Part shown: positions 11,401 through 23,900 of the stretch, piece by piece | How positions within the stretch are numbered: the first letter of the stretch is position 1 | How the letters are laid out: each line of letters opens with the position of its first letter | DNA from: Haliotis rufescens | Taxonomy: Eukaryota | Assembly: GCF_023055435.1 (NCBI RefSeq) | Contig: NW_025963890.1 | Span: 3,720,001-3,784,000 of the forward strand | Reading direction: 5' to 3' | DNA: 64,000 nt | Notes under the pieces: generated by a model | What the model was told of the DNA's origin: nothing | What the model saw: the letters and a program-made list of their open reading frames with translations, nothing else | The model's database searches: none | Made by a program: the position numbers and the translations under genes

Positions 11401-14400
11401 CTGGAATATCATACAAATACTCATAAAAATGTCTGACACTTGAACAAAATTAAAGAAAGTAAGCCGTTATAAACAAATAATAAACCAATAGTTGAGGTGA
11501 AATAGGGTGAATGTCATGTCCAAAATTATTGCACTTATATAGCGATGTGTGTGTGTGTGTGTGTGCGTGCATGTACTTGTCCAGACTCATGCCGATTTTA
11601 TAGTGCTAGTCCAACAAGATACCATGTCGCAGTTTAACATGAATAACCCACTCAGACACAGAATACTGATTCTGAGCCGACCAGTCCTTGTTTTAGCCCT
11701 TTAATGCTGAGCACCAGGCATGGTAAGAAGTACCATTTATTAACGTCTTTTGGATTGACACAGCCGGGGATCGAACCCCTGACCTCCCGCTCTCCGGGTG
11801 GATGCTCTACCACTTGACCACGGAGACTTTCTGATAAACCAATAAGTCACATAGACATCTATGATATTTTGAATGTACTACAACTTGTTGTATATCCAAT
11901 ATAATTCTGCAAAATCCACCATCTTTGTAATTGGACATGTGAAATCACCATGTAAAGTTATGCCATTATTTAATTATCAGGGTCTACATGATTCTTTCAC
12001 CCAAACAACAAAATAAAACACTGCCTAGAACAGACTGGCTTTGCATTAGAGCCCCATATCTCAAGAGAAGCCATAGCCAGACATGTATTCTGTCTATAGA
12101 AGAGTATCTGTATATAATTAACAGGATTTTCCAGTTGAGCTGCATCTAGTCAAAGTGAGTTGGATGCATATCTTTATCTTCAACTACATGTATCAATCAT
12201 TGAAACTCATTAGAAAAAATAGCTAAACTTGATGATGAACCTTTTCATGCTCTAATGCAAAACAGGTAAATCTTCAACAAGAAGCCACCAGTCCATTTCT
12301 CATTTCAAACTGGTGGTCTGCCTTTTTGAAAATAAAAAAAGCCAGTGTAACAATTAACAGAGCCAACAACTTCCAGCTATGTTACAGTCACCTGTAATTA
12401 TAATACTCTAGCCAGGTACAGGGAGACCAGTGGTCGATAGCAGGAACGTAGTGTATAAACAGAGCCTGTGACGTATTGAGGTGAGGTGAAATTGGGTTTA
12501 ACGTCGCGTCCAAGATTATTGCACTTATATAGCGACGTGCATGCACGTGTATGTGTGTGTGTGGCTGCTTGTACTAGTCCGGACTGATGCCGATTTATAG
12601 TGCTAGCTCACTGAGATACCATGCCGCAGTTTAACATGAATACCCCACTCAGACACAGTATACTGACTCCGAGCCGACCAGTCCTTGTTTTAGCCCCTTA
12701 ATGCCGAGCGCCAGACAGGGTAACAACAAGTACAATCTTTTAACGTCTTTTTGTATGACGCGGCCCGGGATCGAACCCTGGACCTTCCGCTCTCCGGGCG
12801 GACGCTCTACCACAAGACCACGGAGGCGGTCCTGTGACGTATTGACGATGGTAGTACTGGTAAGCAATCCAAACAGGGGACTAGATACAACATACAGTAT
12901 ATGAAAACCATTAATGCTTCAGGGTCAAAAAGTTACCAGAAGGAAAGAATACTTATATTGGAAAATATTCAACTGTTAGTAAGATACTGCTGTGGAAATA
13001 ATATCCTTGGAAATTTTATCCACTGGAAATCTTTAGCTAGGATATGACTTTCTCCTGGAAAGAATCTCCTGGGGGAATAAACATCCTATTACATATATAC
13101 ACACACACTCCTTTCACGCCATACAGCCTCAGGTCAGCCTGACTAACCTGAGTGTCGTGAGAAGTCGCCCACTCTGTCGTAGATCGGATGACTGTGACCG
13201 TATCCGCTATCTGTTGAGCTTGACACCTGCGATGATGGATCTGATGTCTTGAATTTCTCCACATCCTCATACTTTGTCATCATCGGCACTAACGATTCAT
13301 CCGGTTCACAATCAGGATACGTGTACGAATCATACATCCTTTGAGAATCAGAATGTTCAAACGTCCTTGACCTTGGCCGTTCCCTATATGGGTCACTATG
13401 TCTGCGCACAGGATGTGACCGGTCACTTTGAAAAGACACATTGCCAACATCAATAGTCAATTGCTTATCTAGTTTGTCAGTTTTCTCTGCACGCGATCCA
13501 GGCCGATCTCGAAAGAAAACATCCTCTTGAGAAGTCCCTTTCAGATCATAACGATCACTAAGATAGCTTGCTGTCTTTCTTTTATCTCCTTCGGACTGAT
13601 TATCATGATACACGTTCCGTGTCACTTTGGGAGTTCTATTTCCCTCACTGCTCTGTGTTCTGTCTAACGTCCACGTCTCGTAGTCTTTGTGTCTGCTGAT
13701 GTTGTCGGGCATCTGCCTTATCGGGTCAGACAGACGCGATGGACAGTCTCTGGGAGAGTCCAACTTGGGCCTCGGAGAATCCAACCCTGGCCTGGGAGAC
13801 TCTGTGTAGGACCTGTCCCCTGATGAAGTAGAGGACGTCCTCTCTGGAGTGCGTCGGTATGGTGGGGGAGGTTTGAAGGACGGGGGTTTCATCATCTGGA
13901 GCTCACTTGAAGGACGTTGTTGAGGCTGGAAAAGGGTCATAAGACGTATGATGATATGATGAACATGGAAATCATACATCTTAAGATAATAAGATGAACC
14001 TAGAATTCAGATGCCTAAAGACAATAAGATGAACATAGAATTCAAATGCCTTAAGATAATAAGTTGAACATAGAATTCATATGCCTTAAGATAATAAGTT
14101 GAACATAGAATTCATATGCCTTAAGATAATAAGTTGAACATAGAATTCATATGCCTTAAGATAATAAGTTGAACATAGAATTCAGATGCCTTAAGATAAT
14201 AAGTTGAACATAGAATTCATATGCCTAAAGACAATAAGTTGAACATAGAATTCCGATGCCTTAAGATAATAAGATGAACATAGAATTCATATGCCTTAAG
14301 ATAATAAGTTGAACATAGAATTCATATGCCTTAAAATAATAAGTTGAACATAGAATTCATATGCCTAAAGACAATAAGTTGAACATAGAATTCATATGCC

Positions 14401-17400
14401 TTAAGATAATAAGTTGAACATAGAATTCATATGCCTTAAGATAATAAGTTGAACATAGAATTCATATGCCTTAAGACAATAAGTTGAACATAGAATTCAT
14501 ATGCCTTAAGATAATAAGTTGAACATAGAATTCATATGCCTTAAGATAATAAGTTGAACATAGAATTTAGATGCCTTAAGATAATAAGTTGAACATAGAA
14601 TTCAGATGCCTTAAGACAATAAGTTGAACATAGAATTTAGATGCCTTAAGATAATAAGTTGAACATAGAATTTAGATGCCTTAAGATAATAAGTTGAACA
14701 TAGAATTCAGATGCCTTAAGATAATAAGTTGAACATAGAATTTAGATGCCTTAAGATAATAAGTTGAACATAGAATTTAGATGCCTTAAGATAATAAGTT
14801 GAACATAGAATTCAGATGCCTTAAGATAATAGGATGAACATAGAATTCAGATGCCTTAAGATAATAAGTTGAACATAGAATTTAGATGCCTTAAGATAAT
14901 AAGTTGAACATAGAATTTAGATGCCTTAAGATAATAAGTTGAACATAGAATTCAGATGCCTTAAGACAATAAGTTGAACATAGAATTTAGATGCCTTAAG
15001 ATAATAAGTTGAACATAGAATTTAGATGCCTTAAGATAATAAGTTGAACATAGAATTTAGATGCCTTAAGATAATAAGTTGAACATAGAATTCAGATGCC
15101 TTAAGATAATAAGTTGAACAAAGAAATCAAGAGAGTTCAGATAATAGGTAGGACATAGAATTAGCTCAACTATTTGCTTTGCACTTTTCTTGACATATTG
15201 TTTCATGTAACTGATACTGTATATAGGTCTGCCATGACATTAGAAACACATAAATACAGTATTCATCTGGTAGAAGCTTGCCCTGTGACATGGGAGATAT
15301 TCATAGTTGAACATTTGTACAATTTGATGCAACAGTAGTCTGCACTGAATCAAGACCAAATCAAAATGACTTTAGAAATACTGGTATGATTTATGAACAA
15401 AACCATGTTATTAATTGATTTTACATTTTAAGTTTCAAACTCAATAAAACATGAATCTTTCAAACTCCTTGCACTTACCATTGACTTGCTGACATCTCCA
15501 TTTTGTCTCTGGATCCGCTCTTCCAGCACTGTGTAGAGTTCTCGCTGGAAGTCCTTGCCCTGACTGGTGTCAGAAGCAGACGTCGTCATGCTGCCATCTT
15601 GAACAGTTGGTGGGAAGCTCTCTGGCGGCTCAAGAGCAACCGGTGTGCTTTGATCCACAAACTTATTTCTCTGGAACAGACTAGGGGACGGTGTGGGCAG
15701 AGGTTTCAGGGGAGACAGAGTGGTGTTTTTCACACTCTCCTGACTTGATGTCTGGTTGAACAGTTCATCATTTTTCATCATGATCCTCCGAGAATGAGGC
15801 ACAGTAGCACTATCTGAGTTTGTCTTGCTCACCTGATTATGCAAATCATACGGAAGACTGTGCGCGGGATGCTGGTATGACAGAGTTGCTGACTTCTGAC
15901 TCCAATCCCTGCCTCTCCCTGAATACGCCTCGAGATCACTTGCATAACCCCCTTCCCTCCGCGGTCGAGGTCGCTGTTGATGATGATGATGATGATGATG
16001 TTGATGACGATGATTGTGAGATAGTGTGGATGAGCTGACGGAGGGTGGACCACTCCCCCTCCCATCACTGAGAACCTGTTTACGAAACTTCAACAACTCG
16101 TGATCACTACGGTAACCAGTGTCCGAGTCATAGTCCCGCATGCGGTGGGATTGTTTCCCACGAGAACCATGATGGCGGTGGCCATGGCTGCTTTGGCTCT
16201 GCATCACATATGGAGTGTCCGTTCCATAAATACCAAAATGGGATTTCGACTTGGGCATGTCTGGCTTGTAACGGCCATCAGCCACATCAGCAGGAATATT
16301 GGGTGACGATCCGGAACCTCGTACAAGCTGAGGTCTGCTCTGTGAGAAGCCTCCATTGTCATCTGTCAGAACATGGAAGCAACATCTAGTAGTGAAGATC
16401 TATCTGATTAATTGATCTACTGAATTGTGGGTCCCTATTTAAAACAGTGTGTGCGAAACTCTAAAATTATTGCTGGCCACGTGGGCTAGCTGCTAAAAAG
16501 TTACTAGCCAGTTGCAAATATTTCAAATATGCAAATGTCTATTTTTCAGGAAATTTGATTCTGCTGAGGTATCAAGAAAGTAAACCAAAACTTCAAATCA
16601 GAGTCAGATATTATATTATTATATTTTAATCAAGTGACAAGATAGTAGTATCATAGTTCATTTGTCAGAATTTGAGGTGAAAATGTTCATCGTCCCCGCC
16701 ATGTTTGACATGGGTAGTCAAAGTTTCAGTGATTGGTTGTAATTTGTAGTTCAACCAATCAAAACATATTTGTTTTACACAGTGTCACATTCGTTCAAAG
16801 AAGATGAAGGGTGTAACTCTGATTTCACAACCTTGATTCGTTATGGATATTAATTTCATTTTGATAGTCATGTTGATCAATAGAAATGAGAGACCTTTTT
16901 TAATTTTGATCAGCTCGAGGTGATCAGAAAAAATCACCGTTAAAATTTCTGTATCCAGTTGGGCTTGGGACATTTCAGAACCTTTACCTTGACTGAAACT
17001 TTGCTAGCCATACGAAGGCAGGTATCTACATGTAAGGTAGATCACTCCAGGTATCCTGTTATAGGTATTGTAACTGAAATACCGCCACCTTGCAGGCTAT
17101 TTATAGTTAGGGTGGGGTTTTAAGGGTATGCATGACACCATAGACCACTGGCAGGCCTAGGTGATGGTTACCTCGTTTGTCCTTCTTCTGAGGTTTTGGC
17201 GTCAGTAGTGACATGGTCTCTTCCTCCACTTCCTGCGACTGCCGATGTTGCTGCATGCGAGCTTTATCCTTCTGCTGCTTCTCCTGGGAGAAAGATGGGG
17301 AGTGTTATTCAGGTGCCCTGTCTTCATTTAGGTTTTACAGAATGTGGGAGGCTAGCCTGCATATTGCAAGGACAATACTGATAACTGACACTTTATTCCA

Positions 17401-20400
17401 TGACTCCATACAATCTTAGCATGAGTTGAGTTTTGTTTTATGTTGCTTTTAGCACTATGATGATGGGACACCACAAATAGGCTTCACAAAGTGTACCCAT
17501 GTAGGGAGCCATATACGGTGTGACGAGTTAACACTTTAACCAGAAGCCCCACCATGAAGTGCTGCAGTAATTTGGTGAAAAGATGGAAAAATTGCAAAAA
17601 ACACAAAAACATAAGAGCCTGGTGCTAAAACACACCAACATGACATGCATGTGCAACATTACTTGGGTTGGGTATTCATTTGCATGCCATTACAATCTTA
17701 CAGCAAGTGAATAGGGAAAACATGCCACGACTGACAGAAGCAGTATGCAAGAACGTCATTGGCCAACTGCAAACAGGAGAATCATCATCAGCTGAAGGGG
17801 GCACGGGTGGCCCAGTCGTCTAAGGCACCGCGATTCGCTGTGCAGAGTTGCGTCCCTTGGGCACGCCAGAAACCTATAATTGTGGGTTCGAAACCCAGTT
17901 CGCCCCGATTATGTTTCTAGGTTTGTCAGCACCATACCCGTGCTCGTGGGTTTCACCGAAGAGGTAAACGTCTCAGACCTGCATCACTTCGGGCTTTCCT
18001 CCCACATTAAGCTTACACGCCGTGATATAACTGGAATACTGTTAAAAATGGACAGATTTGGCGGTGGTCGTGTAATGATGTGGGCTGCCATCTCCTACAC
18101 TTGTAGATCAGACTTAGTGCAAGTTCTGGGGAATTTAATGGCACAATGTTACATGGATGAGCCTCTTCGGCCATCCCATTATGGAACAAGCGAACGTCAT
18201 TTTCCAACAAGACAACGCCTGACCTCCCACGCCAAGATTGACAACGGCCTTTTTCAGGAATCACAACATCCAGGTCCTGCCATGGCCCTCCAGGTCTCCA
18301 GATTAAAACCCAATTGAACATTCATTAGATGCACTGGATCAACAACTGTGAGCACATAGGCAACAACCACAGAACCTCCAACTGCTGGAATAAGCACTGC
18401 AGGCAGAGTGGGTGAACATTCCCCAGGCTACTGATTGCTTACATGGGATGACGATGCCAGTCAGTTTTGGGCTGTAACGGTGGATTACACAAGATATTGA
18501 GAACAGATGATCTTCACCTTTAATATATACTGTTCAATGTGTGCCACATGGAACCTGGGTCAATGACCATGACGTGTGCCAATTTTGAACAATCTATTAC
18601 CATCTGTTCATTATATATATGATATATAAAATATACATCTAAAAATCACTTTTGCATTTCTTTTTTTGCAGAGTATATATACAGGAATTTCACTGAATCA
18701 TAACAATAAACTCTTTCAAATTCTTAGTCAATTTTGATTCATGGACATATAAATAAGCACTGTGACCTACCTGAATCCTAGAGAAATTATTCATTTAAAC
18801 ATAAATGAATGCATTTATTTTCGTATGCGAAATTCTGTGTACAATGAATCTCAACATGATCAATGCAAAGATTTATGAGTACTGAGAGTCCACTTGTGGA
18901 CACAAACTAGATCTAATCACACAAAACTCTTTCACCAAAAATATGTTAGTATCTTATGACCATGTAATGATATATTTGATACATGTGTCAATAGTGTGTG
19001 TACTGGATTTTACAATCATATGTCAGTGTACGCTACACCACTCAGTCAGTGAATGTACAAGATCATTTTCAGTTTAAAAATCCTTTATCCTCCCATTGAC
19101 ACATGTAACCCATAGACCCCGAAACATCATTGTTTACAATAGGTTGTTAATATTTCCATGGTTACCCAAAATCAATTGAGCATTTCTCCCAAACATGAAT
19201 GATTTGATGGCATCTTTCTGATGAAGAACTACCTTATCATATCGATAGAGGCGATGGGTTTCCTTAAGTACAGGAGAGGAGGGTTTGGTGATGTGAGCCT
19301 CTCTCATCCTCACCCCACTGTCCTCGGGGTGGTTCCCGGCCCCGCCCTGCACACACACAGAAGTCACAGGGGTTAGAGAGACACCACACAACACACGTTA
19401 CATCTAAATCAGCTACACCAAAAAGCTTTTATTATCATATTAGATTAATAAAAATAGATAACCTTGAAAACATGATGCTCTGCATATATTACCAACATTT
19501 TAATGAAATTATGATCTGATACAATGTCAAAAATATCTTGATGAGACAAGACATGAATATTTCAAGTAGATTATTAGGCAAGACCAATTTCATTTCTTGT
19601 CAAATTGATGAAACTACCTGAAGTTTACAAAAGTAAAATACTAAATACTGTATTCGACATAATAAGCGCCCAGGGCACTCTCAAAATTAGAAATAGGGGG
19701 CTCTTATTAGAATATTATTTTGGTGAAAAACAACAGAGTTGAAAGATCATAAATTTTGTGGTTTATGCTGACAGCCTGAAATGGTTATATACGACAGATA
19801 TATTTTTCCAGAATTTAAATGCCCACAATTAAGGATGCATATAACACACGTATTATACAAGAATAAATAAGTTTTGTGTACATTGATCAATCGGAAGGGG
19901 TGCTAATTGGGATTGTTCACAAGCCAATATATCAGCAAATATCACTGTGGGCACTTATTAGAGCAGGGCACTTATTACGTTGAATACGGTACCTCAAAAT
20001 GTCCTGTTTCATTGAAAATAAAGGTATGCTTTTTAAATATTTTGTTCATTTTCATTTTTATTTCAAGAGCTATCTTTAGGAAGTTCACCTACGACAGACA
20101 ACAGTTTTAATGTTTTGACAATGTTGCCTCCTTTTGGCATGTTGAAAAAGAACATCCATAAAACTAGAAAGTCAATTGGTCCGGCCTTATGACTTGATGA
20201 AAACCATAATGACACAGATAAATTAATGAAACATAAATATCTCTAAATATTTAAGATAGGTAATTCACAAGCAATATAAACTGGACAAACTTTCTTCATC
20301 GAGATAGGCCTTGGAAAATCTGGTATATTTCTTTAGATGTCAAGAAATTTAGTGGAATTATTCGAGGTTACATTTCAGTATACAATTGGTATTACACATT

Positions 20401-20941
20401 CATTATGCTCCATAACCCAGATATTGATGCAGTCAGATAATATTGAGTTAGGCAGTCAATAAGAAAGGCAATCACTTTTAAATATTGTGATATTTGTTTA
20501 TTTTTCATCTGAAAATGAAATAAGCAGGTTTGTGTACTAGTAGGAACTTGGGCAGGTGTGGCAACAAAAACAAGCAAATTCCGTAACCATAAAAAACATA
20601 CACAGTACAACTGTCAAACAAACACAAAGTTCAAATATCATGCATGAATCAAATAAAAAACTACGAACTGCATGCTGCAAGCAACTAAACAAAGAAAGAC
20701 CATGAACAGATACTACTGTCTACATCACGAGATGAACATGGTCAGTATGTGCGAGTCTGGTCACTGACATAAGGGGTGGGTNNNNNNNNNNNNNNNNNNN
20801 NNNNNNNNNNNNNNNNNNNNNNNNNNNNNNNNNNNNNNNNNNNNNNNNNNNNNNNNNNNNNNNNNNNNNNNNNNNNNNNNNNNNNNNNNNNNNNNNNNNN
20901 NNNNNNNNNNNNNNNNNNNNNNNGGCGTGGCGTGGGTGGTG

Positions 20942-20972
<31 letters not shown>

Positions 20973-23900
20973 TGAGAGAGTGAGAGATTAGTGTGAGGAC
21001 TGTATCACATTTTACTGACCCCCCCCTCATTTCATTACATATTTTTTCACACACCTACCCTCCCGCCCCCGCCCCATAGATGTATCATATTTCATAAACC
21101 CCCCTCCCCACCCCCCAATAAATGACTAATGCCCTGAATAATGTTTACATTTAGAACCTGTATATTTGAATAAATAGAACTGCCTCATTTTTTCATGCAC
21201 CCCACACCCTATAACTGTGATAAATTCTTGTGACACCCCCCTTTTGCTGTGTCATTTATCAGGTTGCTCTCTCCACCACCAGAGATGACTTGTGGTTTGG
21301 ACTAATCAGCTAAACAGGCCCAACAGGCACATGCCAAATTTCCTGGATTAGACTGTGGGCTTCACATCAAGTCCACATCATGAAACAATCTGACCATGTC
21401 CATCTAGGGTATATGTTGATACATACAATGAAAATCTGGTCTAAACATTAATTTAGAAAAGGATTAGACTGTTATATTTGGTATTGTAAAGCTTTTCAAA
21501 TACTAATCAAAATTTGTTCAAAAGAAAGAAGAAAACAGGAACTCATTTATCATTCATAATATGTCCCTTTTGACTTTAATTTCATACACATTTAATACCA
21601 TTCTCCTTCTCATACATGGTATCCATGCTTATAGATCCCAACTGGATGAAGATATATTGAGTATGGGGAGTTTATACCAAATGTAAATATTTTTCGTAAA
21701 TGGAACAAATTCTGAACGCATTTATGAACAGCCAGTTTCTCTACAACCAGATTTTCATTGATCATAACCAGTATATATTGTAATATGAAATAAACATGCT
21801 ATATACAAGCTATCTACTGCTGAAGACTACTCTACATCAAGTGCCTATATCCCACGTTTACCTCCGACTCGTAACCAAGGTTCTCCATGCCCTGCTCCCA
21901 TTGGCTGCCATCCTCGCCCATTGTTTGTCGCATGGCCAAATTGCGAGCATGTCTGGCTTTCTCTCGCATTTCTTTAGGATAAGGGGTCGGGCATCGATAC
22001 AAGTGACCCTGTGTTTGGGAGAGGTATGTTTACCTAAGGCACTGTACAGATCCTCACGGTTACATATGTGTGGCCACTTGCATTTTGAAAACAATAATTG
22101 TCCCTGTTTCAATGATGTAAATATATCAACATAAATATACACTATAGAAAAAACTGTTACTACTTGATTTTAAACTACCCCTAGATTATTTTGTCTGCAA
22201 TATTTTCTCTTTGACTACACAATGACAAAGGTAAAATAATTGCTGCTTAATATTTCAATCATACTACACCATTATACAACTTTGGATAACTTCCAATTCA
22301 TTCTAATCACATGTCAAACATAATTTTTAAAAATTTAGAAGTCTTAATAAGTCAGGGTTAATGCTTACTCCTTCATCAGGTGAAGGAGTCAGCATATACT
22401 CCGAAACGTTGTGTTCCTCATAATAAAGAAGTTGACATTCAGAAATTCGCTTCCTTTTGCGCATCACTTCAAAATGCCTTTCAAAGTGTAAATAAGTCAA
22501 TATTATGCCATAATACAGGAAGAATATATCCATCATCATTACAAATATTCACAATTGTTTTCAAAATACAAATAAATGCCCATTGACTTTTAAATCCCTT
22601 GAAGATGTCTGCTTCATTTCAAATAATCACGAAAGCAACAATACTTCAAACATGCAATGAGATATGAATAATGCATAAACATGTACAGTACACAACAGAT
22701 GAAATCAAGTCCATGTTGGATACACCCTAATACACTCTGTATATATGACACAGCAGCATTCTCAACACAGTTAGTCCTGCATGCTTGGACGTCTTAGACA
22801 AGTGCTCAGGGAGTGTATATAAATCAGGAAAACATGGTTATACTGTGTGCATTTAGTCAACATGTTATCAAAATTAATCACAATACATTTCATGCAGAAT
22901 AACTAGATTAGTGTTAGGATTCACTCAGCTGGGATAGACAACCAGTCAAGCCCAAATCAGGTCCACTGAATTATATCAAATTATGTACCAAAATAATTTA
23001 AATTAAAAGAAGTTATGAACAGAAATATTCGAAAGAAAATTTTGAAATAATTATAAACAAAGCTTTGATAAAAAATTAGCACGTCATTCACCTACTGAAT
23101 AACAAACTTCTCTTTAGAGATTAAACCAACAAAAGTTGTCTCCCTTGAGAAATATGTATCATTTAGCATTTATTTCCAAAATGGCTACAAATAGCCATAC
23201 AAATATATATCAAATTTATAAAATATTAATCCTGATTTAGGCTGACATGGACTGAGAGAGATCTCTAGTGGCAGATGTTATCCCAGTTAGTTGTCAGTGA
23301 ACAGTGCGAGTGTCTTTGTGTTCTACCTACCTCCTCATCCACCTCGTCCCCAAACTCGAAGTGTATCTGCTGTCGCCGTGCTCGCTCCTCGTCCCACATG
23401 GAGGCGTGGAAGCTGTCTGTGTCACCCCCGCCACCACCTTCATCTGATGCCAACAAAGGAGTAGGTCAATTGCAGCTTATGCGATAAATGTAACATTTCA
23501 TCTCTCTTACAAAGGCCAGCAAATTGTACTTTGGTTCGAATGACTGAAAGTTAGAAGTGTGCAGTATTACCTGTATACCATGACTTGAAATACTATCAAA
23601 TATGTATCGCAATATATCAGGAAAATACTGGTATATTGCGAAATTTTTTTCAAAATTATGCATATTTTCATCCTTTTAGCAAAGTTTACACAAGAGACAA
23701 ATTGAAATCAAGAAATTCATAAATAAGTAGCTTTCTGTATATAATGTGTCTATTACACATACATTGTGACCATAGCAACATCCAACAAAATGGCTGACGA
23801 CTATGTAGTTATCCAAAACATTTGGGTTATTTTTATTCAGGTTCATAACAAATTACAGATGAAGCAATGTAAGCAATATATTGTAATGTGTATCGTAATA

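Noticed and set aside
13950-15165. CRISPR-like appearance of 35-bp (and 34-bp) repeats
   Set aside because: Repeats are contiguous with no unique spacers, no cas genes, eukaryotic intron.
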